Shown here in pieces: positions 42,615 through 52,667 of a stretch of DNA of 64,000 nt. The notes below the pieces were generated by a model, which searched no databases, had not been told where the DNA came from, and was given only the letters and a program-made list of their open reading frames with translations. The stretch is from the NCBI GenBank assembly GCA_051887235.1, contig JBJEZE010000112.1:10146-74145 (forward strand). The letters run 5' to 3'. Source of the DNA: Butyricicoccus sp. (GTDB taxonomy: Bacteria > Bacillota > Clostridia > Oscillospirales > Butyricicoccaceae). Both the position numbers and the translations under genes were made by a program. How positions within the stretch are numbered: the first letter of the stretch is position 1; every line of letters starts with the position of its first letter.

Positions 42615-43752
42615 AGAAGTCCGCAAGGAAATTAACGAAATTGACCGGCAGATCGTCGATCTGTTCCTGCGCCGTATGAAATGCGCCGAGGAAGTATCGG
42701 ATTTTAAGATGAGCACCGGCGGTCAGGTTCTGGTCCCCTCCCGCGAGACCGAGCTGCTGAACACCATGCTGGAAAACGTTCCGGAGCAGCTGAAGCAGGA
42801 ATACACCGCCCTGCTCAAGACCACCACCCGCATCAGCCGGAAATATCAGTACGCCCGCATTCTGAACGCCGAGCCGTACCGTCTCCAGCTGCCCATCACA
42901 GCGCGCATTGACACGCCGGAAACCGTGTGCTATCAGGGCCTTCCCGCGTCCTATCAGGAAGCTGCGGTCAAGGCGCTGTTCCCGAAGGCCGAGCGCTACA
43001 GTCTCAAGAGCTTTGAGGACGTCTTTCTGGAGGTCTCGGAGGGCCGCGCGGATGCCGGCGTGATCCCGGTGGAAAACTCCACCGCCGGCACGGTCAACGA
43101 GGTCTATGACCTGTTGGAGAAACACGGTCTGTACATATCCCATTCCTATATCGGCCGCATCCGTCACTGTCTGGCGGCCTGTCCAGGCGCGACGGTGGAC
43201 GGCATAAAAACCGTTCGTTCCCATCCGCAGGCGCTGCGGCAGTGCTCTCACTACATCGCCCAGCACGACCTGCACGAGGTCGAAGAAAGCAACACCGCCG
43301 TTGCAGCCAAGCTGATTGCCGAAACGGGTGATCTGACACAGGCAGCCATCTGTTCCGAGGCGGCCGCCGAGCTGTATGGTCTGACGGTTCTGAAACACGA
43401 GATCAATGACGGCAATTTCAATCAGACCCGCTTCATCGCCGTTACCCGCGGTCTGTCCGCCAAGAAGGAGGACAACCGCGTCAGCCTGATTCTGATCCTG
43501 CCGCACGTCACCGGCAGTCTGTACAACGCGCTGTCCGTGTTCTCGGATTACGGCCTGAACATGACCGAAATTCACTCCCGCCCGCTGGCGGACATGCCGT
43601 GGAATTACTGCTTCTACATTGACTTCACCGGCAATATTCTGGAGGAGGACACCCGCCGCATGATTTATCACCTGTCGCAGGAGATCCCGGTGGTCCGCGT
43701 ATTGGGCTCGTTCCCTGTCATCGAAGAGGAGGGTCTCAACGAAAATGCATAA
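42601..43752 (+). CDS. pheA: chorismate mutase / prephenate dehydratase
   Basis: N-terminal CM (INEIDRQI), ENSTAG, SHPQAL, NQTRF, ACT domain. Confidence 0.92.
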   Translation: MRQIEEVRKEINEIDRQIVDLFLRRMKCAEEVSDFKMSTGGQVLVPSRETELLNTMLENVPEQLKQEYTALLKTTTRISRKYQYARILNAEPYRLQLPITARIDTPETVCYQGLPASYQEAAVKALFPKAERYSLKSFEDVFLEVSEGRADAGVIPVENSTAGTVNEVYDLLEKHGLYISHSYIGRIRHCLAACPGATVDGIKTVRSHPQALRQCSHYIAQHDLHEVEESNTAVAAKLIAETGDLTQAAICSEAAAELYGLTVLKHEINDGNFNQTRFIAVTRGLSAKKEDNRVSLILILPHVTGSLYNALSVFSDYGLNMTEIHSRPLADMPWNYCFYIDFTGNILEEDTRRMIYHLSQEIPVVRVLGSFPVIEEEGLNENA

Positions 43753-45031
43753 TCTGATTTCCTCTGTCACCGGTCTGCGCGGCGAGGTCACCGTACCGGG
43801 CGACAAGTCCATCTCCCACCGCGCCGTCATGCTGGGCGCGCTGTCCTCCGGCACGACGCACATCACCGGCTTCCTCATGGGCGAGGACTGCCTGTCCACC
43901 ATCGACTGCTTCCGCAAGATGGGCGTACAGGTAGACGTCTCCGACCGCGAGGTCGTCGTGCACGGCGTCGGACTGCACGGTCTCAAGGCCCCGTCCGAAC
44001 TGCTGTACACCGGCAATTCCGGCACGACCACCCGCCTTCTGTGCGGCATCCTCGCTGGACAGCCGTTTTCCAGCACGCTCAACGGCGATGCCTCCATCCA
44101 GAAGCGTCCGATGGGACGCATCATCAAGCCGCTGCGCGAGATGGGCGCGGACATCGAGGGCAAAGACGGAAACCTCTGCCCGCTGACCGTCCGTCCGGCA
44201 AAGCTGCACGGCATTCACTACGACATGCCGGTCGCTTCCGCCCAGCTCAAATCCTCCATTCTGCTGGCGGGCCTGTACGCCGACGGCAAAACGACCGTCG
44301 TGGAGCCCGCTCCGTCCCGTGACCACACCGAACGCATGCTGCGCGGTCTGGGTGTCTCGGTGGAGACCGACGGCACGGTGATCACGCTGACACCGCCGCA
44401 GGAGCTTGGCACGGTGGACGTCGCCGTTCCGGGTGACATTTCCTCCGCGGCGTATTTCCTCGTCGCCGGTCTGATTGTCCCGAACAGCGAGATTCTGATC
44501 CGCAACGTCGGCATCAATCCCACCCGCACCGGCATTCTGGATGCGCTGGAACAGATGGGCGCGGACATCACCCGTCTCAACGAGCGCGGCGAGGTCGAAC
44601 CGGTATGTGATCTGCTGGTTCGTTCGTCCAAGCTGCACGGTACCGTGATCGGCGGCGACCTGATCCCCCGCCTGATTGACGAAATCCCGGTTCTGGCCGT
44701 TGCAGCCGCATTCGCCGAAGGCGAAACCGTATTCCGCGACGCACAGGAATTAAAGGTCAAGGAATCCAACCGCATCGCCACGATGACCGCCGAGCTGACC
44801 AAGACCGGCGCGGATGTCGTGGAAACCGAGGACGGCATGATCGTCCGCGGCGGCAAACCGCTGCACGGCGGAGATTTCACCAGCTACGCCGACCACCGCG
44901 TTGCGATGAGCATGGCGGTATGCGCGTTGGCGTGTGCCGGCGAATCCACGATTGACGACCCGGCCTGCGTCGCCATCTCCTATCCGAATTTCTTTGACAC
45001 ACTCTCTGCACTGGAGGCGAACACCAAATGA
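43745..45031 (+). CDS. aroA: EPSP synthase
   Basis: PGDKSISHR, GNSGTTTR, SAQLKS, KESNR, DHR. Confidence 0.96.
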   Translation: MHNLISSVTGLRGEVTVPGDKSISHRAVMLGALSSGTTHITGFLMGEDCLSTIDCFRKMGVQVDVSDREVVVHGVGLHGLKAPSELLYTGNSGTTTRLLCGILAGQPFSSTLNGDASIQKRPMGRIIKPLREMGADIEGKDGNLCPLTVRPAKLHGIHYDMPVASAQLKSSILLAGLYADGKTTVVEPAPSRDHTERMLRGLGVSVETDGTVITLTPPQELGTVDVAVPGDISSAAYFLVAGLIVPNSEILIRNVGINPTRTGILDALEQMGADITRLNERGEVEPVCDLLVRSSKLHGTVIGGDLIPRLIDEIPVLAVAAAFAEGETVFRDAQELKVKESNRIATMTAELTKTGADVVETEDGMIVRGGKPLHGGDFTSYADHRVAMSMAVCALACAGESTIDDPACVAISYPNFFDTLSALEANTK

Positions 45032-46407
45032 TTCTGACCATGGATGAATTCCGTGCCTACGAACCGATCCGCACGACCTTTGCGCTGTTCGGTCATCCGA
45101 TTGCGCACACCATGTCCCCGGAACTGCACGCGGCGCTGTTCCAGGCGTCCGAACAGGACTGCGACTATTTCGCCGTGGACGTTCCCCCCGAACATCTGGG
45201 CGAAGCGATGGAAATCGCCAAACGCAAGTGCAAGGGCTTAAACCTGACGATTCCGCACAAAAAGGCTGTGTTCGACCATCTGGACGCCGTGGACGAAACC
45301 GCGCGCGACCTCGGCTCGGTCAACACGGTGCATTTCACCGATGGCGAGGCCATCGGCTACAACACGGACATTTTGGGCTTTTCCGGCTCTCTGGAATTTG
45401 ACCACATCGACCCGTCCGGAAAGATCGCCGTCCTGTGCGGCTACGGCGGTGTGTCCCGCGTGATGGGCTACCATCTGGCGGCCTCCGGCGCACGGCTGCT
45501 GATCACCGGACGCAACCTGTCCAAGGCAAAAACACTGCGCAACGAACTGCGCACGCTGCTGCCGGACGCAGACATCGAAATCATGCCGTCCACCCAGCTG
45601 CCCCGCGCCACGGAAATTGTGGTAAACGGAACACCGCTTGGCATGTTCCCGCACGAGGACGGCACTCCGCTGGAATCCCTTCCGTCCGGAACCCGATATG
45701 TGTTCGACGCGGTATACAACCCGCCGATGACCCGCATCATGACACTGGCGGGCCGCGACTGCAAAACCCGCAACGGTCTGCTCATGCTGGTGCTTCAGGC
45801 CGCCTATGCCGAGACCATCTGGCTGGGCACACAATTTGACCACGCGGCGCTGACCGGTATCCTGCGCCGTCTGGCGGGCGACATGGCGCGCAAACGCCTG
45901 CGTGACATTTATGGCAAGTCCAATATTGTTCTGTGCGGCTTTATGGGCAGCGGCAAGACCACCATCGGACGCAAGCTGGCCCGCGCGCTTGGCTGCGAAT
46001 TCATTGATGCGGATACCTATCTGGAACAGCGTGAACAGCGCACCATTTCGTCCATCTTCGACGAACTGGGCGAACCAGCCTTCCGCGATATAGAAACCGA
46101 CTGCGCCCGGGAATTGTCCCAAAAGCAAAACTGCGTCATCGCGCTGGGCGGCGGCGCGGTACTGCGCGAGGAAAACGTCCGGCTGTACAAGGAGAACGGA
46201 ATCCTGATTCATCTGAACACCCCGTTTTACCGCATCGTGCAGAACCTCAGCCGGGATACCTCCCGCCCGCTGCTGCAGGGCGATAAGGAAAAGCAGACCC
46301 GCGCACTCTATCAGCAGCGCAAGCCGATTTACCAGGCGGCGGCTGACAAATCCGTCGTCGGCACGCGCATTTCCGAATTGGTCGATGCGGTATTTGCCGC
46401 GATTTGA
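45028..46407 (+). CDS. fused shikimate dehydrogenase / shikimate kinase
   Basis: GHPIAHTMSP, NLTIPHK and NTD (AroE), then GFMGSGKTT, GGGAV and RPLL (AroK). Confidence 0.9.
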   Translation: MILTMDEFRAYEPIRTTFALFGHPIAHTMSPELHAALFQASEQDCDYFAVDVPPEHLGEAMEIAKRKCKGLNLTIPHKKAVFDHLDAVDETARDLGSVNTVHFTDGEAIGYNTDILGFSGSLEFDHIDPSGKIAVLCGYGGVSRVMGYHLAASGARLLITGRNLSKAKTLRNELRTLLPDADIEIMPSTQLPRATEIVVNGTPLGMFPHEDGTPLESLPSGTRYVFDAVYNPPMTRIMTLAGRDCKTRNGLLMLVLQAAYAETIWLGTQFDHAALTGILRRLAGDMARKRLRDIYGKSNIVLCGFMGSGKTTIGRKLARALGCEFIDADTYLEQREQRTISSIFDELGEPAFRDIETDCARELSQKQNCVIALGGGAVLREENVRLYKENGILIHLNTPFYRIVQNLSRDTSRPLLQGDKEKQTRALYQQRKPIYQAAADKSVVGTRISELVDAVFAAI

Positions 46408-46419
46408 GGAGCGGATCGT

Positions 46420-46962
46420 ATGGAATACCTCGATATTGTGGACGAATGCGGCCTGCCGACCGGCGAAACCATTGATCGCGAGTTTGCGCACGCACACGGC
46501 GTCCGCCACCGCACCTCGCACGTCTGGATCTGCCGCCGCAAAAACCGTCGCATCCAGATTCTGCTGCAAAAGCGCAGCGCGGACAAGGACTCCCATCCCG
46601 GCTGCTACGATATTTCCAGCGCCGGACACATCCCGGCCGGTGTGGACTTTGTCCCCTCCGCTCTGCGGGAACTGGAGGAGGAGCTGGGTGTCACCGTCAC
46701 GGCCGACCAGCTGATTCTATGCGGTCAGCGGACATTCACCTTTGATTCGGAGTTCCACGGCAAGCCGTTCCACGACAATCAGGTCAGCAACATCTATCTG
46801 CTGTGGCTGGACCGCGAGGAAGCCGAGTTTACCGTACAGGAATCCGAGGTGGAACGCGTCCTGTGGATGGACTTTGACGAATGCCTGCGCGGTGTGGAAC
46901 AGAATACCTTTGCGCATTGCATCTATCCGGAAGAGCTTCGGATTGTGCAGCAGAAATTCTGA
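46420..46962 (+). CDS. NUDIX hydrolase (Idi-like)
   Basis: HRTSHVW, LLQKRS, AGH...ALRELEEELG. Confidence 0.85.
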   Translation: MEYLDIVDECGLPTGETIDREFAHAHGVRHRTSHVWICRRKNRRIQILLQKRSADKDSHPGCYDISSAGHIPAGVDFVPSALRELEEELGVTVTADQLILCGQRTFTFDSEFHGKPFHDNQVSNIYLLWLDREEAEFTVQESEVERVLWMDFDECLRGVEQNTFAHCIYPEELRIVQQKF

Positions 46963-47209
46963 TCTCAACAGAAAGATAGGTATCGAATCGTCGAACTGCC
47001 CCAGATTGTACGGACAGCAAAAACCCCTGGCAGTAACTCCTGAACTTGTTCGTATTTTCGTTTGGACAGAATAGTACCCCCTAATGCAGTACTTTTTTCC
47101 TGCATTAGGGGGTTCTTTGTCTATGGTCTGTTTGTACGGATCTGTTCCAAACACCGTTGAGACATACTCCTGTACTTGAAACATACCGAACAAAACCGTG
47201 GTATTTTCG

Positions 47210-48223
47210 TTATTCACAGTATTCGTCAAGCACAGTCTTTAAGCGGTGGGGATAATCCGTCATGATTCCGTCGGCTCCTATATCAATCAGATGACGCATT
47301 TCATCAGGCTCGTTGATCGTCCAGTAGTGTACCGCCAAATTATGTCGGTTTGCACACTTTGTAATTGCTTTTGTGGCAAGGTTAATTCCATATTCCTCCG
47401 TTGGCAGCTGGAAAACACACATTTTTTCTGTAAAGAACACATCCAGTTTGAATAGCTGCAGAACGAAGAACTTGGTTGTCGAATCGTAAGCCGGTGAGAA
47501 CATGAAGTTGTCGGGTACATCTCCGGATGTTGCAAGCTCACAGAAACGATCGTAGATTTCCTCGTGGAATGAAGCAAGAACGACCCGATCGAACGCATCG
47601 TATTCATACAGCAGGCGAAGAACCTCATCCAGTGCGGTCAGGCCAAGCTCGCCGGACTGCTTGATCTCCACATTGATGTAGTTATCAGGAAACGTCACAA
47701 GCAGCTCTTCCAGTGTTGTTGCGAAGAAGATTTCCTCGTCTCTCGGCTCAACTCCCGCGGGATAGCTGACATCCGTGGGGTATTTTTCTTCTCCGTCTTC
47801 CCCTTTGAAATGCTCGCGCTCACCGCTCAGAACTTCGTCAACCGTGGGGTTTGTATATCCGAAGTCCACTCGCTGCGATATAAGATCGGAATAATTCCAG
47901 TCTGCGATAGCCCCTGTCACATTGGTCTTTCGATCAAGAGTTGTATCATGGGAGAGAATCACCACACCATCCTTTGTTATGCTCACGTCAGTCTCCATCA
48001 TGACATTTTCATCCACACTGTATGCGTTATAGAACGCTTCCAACGTATTGTCGGGAAACTCACCGTTTCCTCCGCCGTGTGCGATGAGAACCGGCGTATC
48101 TCCATCCACAATCAGCGGGTTGCTGTTCTTATAATTGTCGGGTCTTGGAAGAAACGCGATGACTGCATATGTCAGTACAAGTCCTCCGAGGATTCCTATG
48201 GCGATTTTTGCTCCTTTTTTCAT
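47210..48223 (-). CDS. glycerophosphodiester phosphodiesterase, N-terminally anchored
   Basis: IAHGGG..PDNTLEAF, ETDV..TKDG, HD, WTIN, GIMTDYP. Confidence 0.9.
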   Translation of the reverse strand: MKKGAKIAIGILGGLVLTYAVIAFLPRPDNYKNSNPLIVDGDTPVLIAHGGGNGEFPDNTLEAFYNAYSVDENVMMETDVSITKDGVVILSHDTTLDRKTNVTGAIADWNYSDLISQRVDFGYTNPTVDEVLSGEREHFKGEDGEEKYPTDVSYPAGVEPRDEEIFFATTLEELLVTFPDNYINVEIKQSGELGLTALDEVLRLLYEYDAFDRVVLASFHEEIYDRFCELATSGDVPDNFMFSPAYDSTTKFFVLQLFKLDVFFTEKMCVFQLPTEEYGINLATKAITKCANRHNLAVHYWTINEPDEMRHLIDIGADGIMTDYPHRLKTVLDEYCE

Positions 48224-48250
48224 GTCTTTCTGATATTCCTTTCTATCCGT

Positions 48251-49303
48251 TTACTCCCCCAGCAGCAGCCGTTTCAGCGGCGGTATGCGCCGGATGATCC
48301 AAATTGCCGCGGTCAGGCACACGATTTCCAACAGTGCGTTGACCGGATACACACCGGCCATCGGCAAAGCGGTGTACTCACACACCAGATATCCGGTCAG
48401 CACCAGAAAAGGATTGTGCAAAACGAAAATGGCAAAGCTGTGCTTCTGTATACGGCGCGTGAGGATTGTCTCGCGATTGCACCATCGTTTGCCCGCACCC
48501 AGCACCGACAAAATCCCCAGCCACGCATAGGCATTGGTGGGCAGGCTGTTCAGGCACTGCTGTGTGGTGTAATTCTGTCCAAACCAGTGCACGGTATACC
48601 ATATCCCGAATAACGCTGTCAGCGGAGCCAGCCAGATCGCGGCGCGTGCCAGCGAATCGGTCACACGCTCCTGCACGAACCAGTAGTATCCGAGCAGGAA
48701 CAGCAGGAGGTAAAAACCGTTCCGGTATGCCTCAACCACCGGCGTGACCAGAAAGCCGGAGGACAGCGCGACCGGGACAAACAGCACAATCGTCGTCCAC
48801 AGCGGCAGACGGGAAAACAGTGCATCCAGACGTTTCGTTCGATCCAGACGGCGAATGAGCAGCAGCAATAAACAGCCCAGAAACAGCTCATGCAAAAACC
48901 ACAGCGGTCCGATGCCGCAGAAGCAGTAAATCACATACCGCAGCAAAGCCGGAACGGACGCTCCCTGAAAGATGTCGCTGTACTGATTGGTCACCCATCC
49001 GTTGATCCAACCGAGCAGGAAAATTCCGGCGACCGACGGAATCAGCACCTTTTTCACGCGCTCATGCAAAAAACCGCGTGTCCCCCGCTTATCCAGCGAA
49101 TACCGTGCGCTCATGCCGGCGACCACAAACAGCAATCCCATAAACCAGGGATAGACGTAGCACAGCAATGCGTCCAGCTGCGGGATACCCTGCACATCCA
49201 AATTGGAAATGACGCCGACCGAATTGTACTGATAGACCAGATGGTACAGTACCACCAGAAGTACCGTGCCACAACGGATGTTATCCAGATACCGCTGTCT
49301 CAT
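48251..49303 (-). CDS. acyltransferase family 3 membrane protein
   Basis: RQRYLDNIR...VVLYH, WFMGLLFVVAG, LWFL, multiple TM segments. Confidence 0.85.
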   Translation of the reverse strand: MRQRYLDNIRCGTVLLVVLYHLVYQYNSVGVISNLDVQGIPQLDALLCYVYPWFMGLLFVVAGMSARYSLDKRGTRGFLHERVKKVLIPSVAGIFLLGWINGWVTNQYSDIFQGASVPALLRYVIYCFCGIGPLWFLHELFLGCLLLLLIRRLDRTKRLDALFSRLPLWTTIVLFVPVALSSGFLVTPVVEAYRNGFYLLLFLLGYYWFVQERVTDSLARAAIWLAPLTALFGIWYTVHWFGQNYTTQQCLNSLPTNAYAWLGILSVLGAGKRWCNRETILTRRIQKHSFAIFVLHNPFLVLTGYLVCEYTALPMAGVYPVNALLEIVCLTAAIWIIRRIPPLKRLLLGE

Positions 49304-49304
49304 G

Positions 49305-49724
49305 TCATCCTCTCCCTTGCTCCAGCCCGCGCAGCAGCTCCATGAGATCGCTCTCCCGCAGCAGAGCGATTCCCTGATCCTCATCGCCCAGAACGACCAG
49401 CCGATCGCCGGCGCGCAAATGAAAAACGTCCCTTGCCCGTTTGGGAATGACAATCTGTCCCTTTTCTCCCATCACAACCGTTCCAAACAGGTGCTTTCCG
49501 CGCGGCGGGATGGGCAAGCCGGTGGTCTTTTCGGAATAATTCACCAGATCGTCCAGCGAGACCTCATAGAGCTTCGCCAGTGCAACACACCGCTGCACAT
49601 CCGGAATGGTCTCCCCGCTCTCCCACTTGGCCAGCGCCTGCCGTGACACGCCTACCTGCTCCGCCACCTGTTCCTGCGACAGCTTCTTCATCCGCCGCAA
49701 TGCAGTCAAATTCTCACTCAGCAT
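49305..49724 (-). CDS. XRE HTH regulator with AbrB-like C-terminal domain
   Basis: LSQEQVAEQVGVSRQALAKWESG; GEKGQIVIPKRAR. Confidence 0.88.
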   Translation of the reverse strand: MLSENLTALRRMKKLSQEQVAEQVGVSRQALAKWESGETIPDVQRCVALAKLYEVSLDDLVNYSEKTTGLPIPPRGKHLFGTVVMGEKGQIVIPKRARDVFHLRAGDRLVVLGDEDQGIALLRESDLMELLRGLEQGRG

Positions 49725-49816
49725 ACTTTTCCTACTTTCGTTTGGTTTGATTACAGTATACAATAGGCCATGCGCAATTTCTACCATCCATTCCTAACGA
49801 AACAACTCCAACTCTG

Positions 49817-50338
49817 TTATATCTGGTTGCGTTCCCTCAGATGCTCACGCTCCCACTCCAGCAGCCAACGCTTTTTGTCCAATCCTCCCGCATAGCCGGT
49901 CAGATTCCCGTTCGTTCCGACAACGCGGTGGCACGGGACAATGATGCTGAGCGGATTGTGTCCCACCGCGCCGCCGACCGCCTGTGCGGACATCCGGGCC
50001 ACTCCGCGCTGTGCGGCTATGCGCTTGGCAATCTCTCCGTATGTAACAACCTGTCCATAGGGGATGGTGCGCAGGATGTTCCAAACTTCGTGCTGAAACT
50101 CCGTGCCGACAGGCGCCAGCGGCAGCTCTGTTCCGTCCGTCCTTTCCCCGGCAAAATACCGGTCCAGCCAGTCCTTCGTCTGATGCAGTACCGGAACCGA
50201 GTCCTCCTCGACCGGCGGTTCGCTCAGCGCACCGTAATAGTATTTCTGTCCCAAAAACCAAGCTCCTGTCAATGCGTTTCCATCGCTGACAAGAGTAAGC
50301 TCTCCCAACGGGGAGTCATAACGGGTTTGATAGTACAT
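49817..50338 (-). CDS. ogt: methylated-DNA--protein-cysteine methyltransferase
   Basis: IPYGQVVTYG, NPLSIIVPCHRV, GYAGG. Confidence 0.92.
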   Translation of the reverse strand: MYYQTRYDSPLGELTLVSDGNALTGAWFLGQKYYYGALSEPPVEEDSVPVLHQTKDWLDRYFAGERTDGTELPLAPVGTEFQHEVWNILRTIPYGQVVTYGEIAKRIAAQRGVARMSAQAVGGAVGHNPLSIIVPCHRVVGTNGNLTGYAGGLDKKRWLLEWEREHLRERNQI

Positions 50339-50439
50339 GACAGCAGCCTCTTTTCCTCTCTGGTCTCTACTAGTATATCACATCTTACAGAAAAACAGGA
50401 AGACTGTTTCCAGCCTTCCTGTACTGCGATTTTCGTGTT

Positions 50440-52110
50440 TCAAAACTGCATGTATTGGACAAACAGATCCTGAAAGCCCGGATAATCCGACAAGTCCAGA
50501 GGCGCGATCCCGGAGACCAGCGCCTGCATCTTGTTCCGGCAGTCGGTGTTCAGCAAAAACGCCGTGCCGCCCGTCTTGGACGTATTTCCGGCAAACTGCA
50601 CCTTGTCCCGCAGGCACTCCGGGATGATCCCGATGTTCACCAGACTGCTGACCCGCAGATGATACCCAAACGCACCTGCGATGTACACGCGATCCACCGC
50701 AGCCGCCTCACAGTGGTGAATCTGCATCATGGCCTCGATGCCTGCCCGGATCGCGGATTTCGCCATCTGGATCTGGCGGATGTCCAGCTGGGTCAGGTAC
50801 ACGCCGTCCGCCAGCCGAAAGGCCGGTTTGCCGTTGTACTGTTCCAGACGGTTAGTGATGCGTTCCGGAAGTGGACATTTGTTTGCTTTGACCAGGCGTC
50901 CGCTGCGCTCAATCACACCGATGCGCGCCAGCTCCCCGACCGCGTCAAACAGTCCGCTGCCGCAGATGCCCTCCGGCTCCGTGCCGCCAATCGTTCCGAT
51001 ATGAACCGTTCCATCCTCGTCAATTTCCACGCTCTCAATCGCACCCCGTCCGGCCCGCATGCCAAACGTGATGTTCATGCCCTCAAACGCCGGACCCGCA
51101 GCGGTTGACGTGGCGGACATCGCTCCACCCGACGCGAACACCATCTCACCGTTGGTGCCGATATCAATAAACAGCGTATTGCCTTCCTGATGCTCCAGAT
51201 CACAGCTTAAAATGCCGGACGTGATGTCCGCACCGACATAGGCGGAGATCACCGGCGGGAGATAGACCCGCCCAAACGGTGAAATTTCCAGTCCCAGCTC
51301 CGTTGACGGAAGACACACGGCTCCGGTCAGCTTAGGCGTGTACGGATACTGTCCCAACGACTGCGGATCGGTGTTTGCCGCCAGATGCAGCATGGTTGTG
51401 TTTCCGGAATAGACCACCTCATAGATGTACTCCGCCGGTACGCCATTTTGCGCGCACAGCTCGCCAATCAGAGCATTGCAGGTGTCTGTGATCGCCTGAT
51501 ACAGGATAGACAGTCCGTCCTCCTGTTGGGCGCAGAACTGAATGCGGCTGACCACATCCTGCGCGTACCGGCACTGCGGATTGAGCGCGGAACGGGAGTC
51601 CATCTCCTGTCCGTTCCGACAGTCAATGAGCGCCGCAACGACCGTCGTCGTGCCGATATCCACCGTCACGCCGTACATCCGCGCCGTGGTGTCCCCTTCT
51701 TCCTGCCCGAGCACACCGTCCTCGCCGTACACGACCGTCCTGCCCTCCCGGTATTCCTTTCGGATCGCCGGTCGGACGGCGACCTCGGTTTCCAATCCCT
51801 CCCGCAGAATCATCTGCGGCTCGTTCGGACGTCCAGCCGCCACGAACAACACGTCAATGTCGCCCTGCACCAGCGAATGGCAGGCCAGCACATAGCCCTC
51901 CGCCTGCTGCTGCTTTGTCAGCGTCCGCACCGCCTCCAGCTGCTTGAGCCCAGACGGGTTGGACACCTTCATGAGACATTTTCCGCAGGTCCCCGCGCCA
52001 TTGCACGGCGTCTCCAGCGCCACGCCCGCCAGGCGCGCCGCCTGCATCAGATTGGTACCCTCCGGCACCTCAATCAACCGATTCTGTGCAATAAATCGTA
52101 CCTTTGGCAT
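50440..52110 (-). CDS. ASKHA-family ATP-dependent corrinoid reductive activase (RACE; RamA/RACo-like) with N-terminal 2Fe-2S ferredoxin
   Basis: CNGAGTCGKC...LAC, DIGTTT, DIGTNGE, AAGPAFEG, GICGSG, AGAFG; start taken at MPKVRF behind GGAGGG. Confidence 0.9.
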   Translation of the reverse strand: MPKVRFIAQNRLIEVPEGTNLMQAARLAGVALETPCNGAGTCGKCLMKVSNPSGLKQLEAVRTLTKQQQAEGYVLACHSLVQGDIDVLFVAAGRPNEPQMILREGLETEVAVRPAIRKEYREGRTVVYGEDGVLGQEEGDTTARMYGVTVDIGTTTVVAALIDCRNGQEMDSRSALNPQCRYAQDVVSRIQFCAQQEDGLSILYQAITDTCNALIGELCAQNGVPAEYIYEVVYSGNTTMLHLAANTDPQSLGQYPYTPKLTGAVCLPSTELGLEISPFGRVYLPPVISAYVGADITSGILSCDLEHQEGNTLFIDIGTNGEMVFASGGAMSATSTAAGPAFEGMNITFGMRAGRGAIESVEIDEDGTVHIGTIGGTEPEGICGSGLFDAVGELARIGVIERSGRLVKANKCPLPERITNRLEQYNGKPAFRLADGVYLTQLDIRQIQMAKSAIRAGIEAMMQIHHCEAAAVDRVYIAGAFGYHLRVSSLVNIGIIPECLRDKVQFAGNTSKTGGTAFLLNTDCRNKMQALVSGIAPLDLSDYPGFQDLFVQYMQF

Positions 52111-52112
52111 AG

Positions 52113-52667
52113 TTATCTCCCCTCCGTCATCCGGCAAAAATACAGGCACACATAGGAAATATGATCGCTGCTCCACGAAAACGGGAACGCACACCGCGCC
52201 ATCAGCTCGGTTGCATCCACGCAGAACGCGGACAAACAGGAGGCAACTCGTTCCGGACAGGCGCACGGCTTGCCTTCGGTCATCCCACAGGTCGGACAGA
52301 TGGTGCATTCGCCCGGCATGGACGCCAGACCGGTTACGTTTTGCTCCCGCAGCATGTCGATCAATTTCCACATGCGCTGTTTGACGTCGGACGCACAGCG
52401 TCTTGCCTCCTGCGGATCGCAGACATCTTCCACTGCGTATTGCTTCTGTACCACAAGGGTATCCGGATACTGCATCGCAGCCTGAATCATCTGCTCCGCT
52501 GCGCCGCAGTGCGGCGGACAGGCATAGTTTTTGGCATAATTCCCGCAGGCGTTCTGCTCACAGTACACGCGCAGGGAGGGATCAAACGGCACCTGCCCGG
52601 TCGGCAGGAGATGCGCATACGCAAAGCCGCACTCCTTCGCTCGGCGGCATATCTCGTTTCTCATCAT
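52113..52667 (-). CDS. DUF2284-like Cys-rich metal-binding protein
   Basis: CEQNACGNY...CPP and GECTICPTC...PCACP; translationally coupled to pylD. Confidence 0.8.
   Translation of the reverse strand: MMRNEICRRAKECGFAYAHLLPTGQVPFDPSLRVYCEQNACGNYAKNYACPPHCGAAEQMIQAAMQYPDTLVVQKQYAVEDVCDPQEARRCASDVKQRMWKLIDMLREQNVTGLASMPGECTICPTCGMTEGKPCACPERVASCLSAFCVDATELMARCAFPFSWSSDHISYVCLYFCRMTEGR

Noticed and set aside
46717-47229. 170-aa minus-strand ORF after the GDPD gene
   Set aside because: Half of it overlaps the NUDIX gene antisense, it crosses a strong hairpin, and it has no recognisable family.
50440-52371. 643-aa version of the RACE gene
   Set aside because: The N-terminal extension overlaps DUF2284. 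The ferredoxin domain and RBS place the start at 52110.
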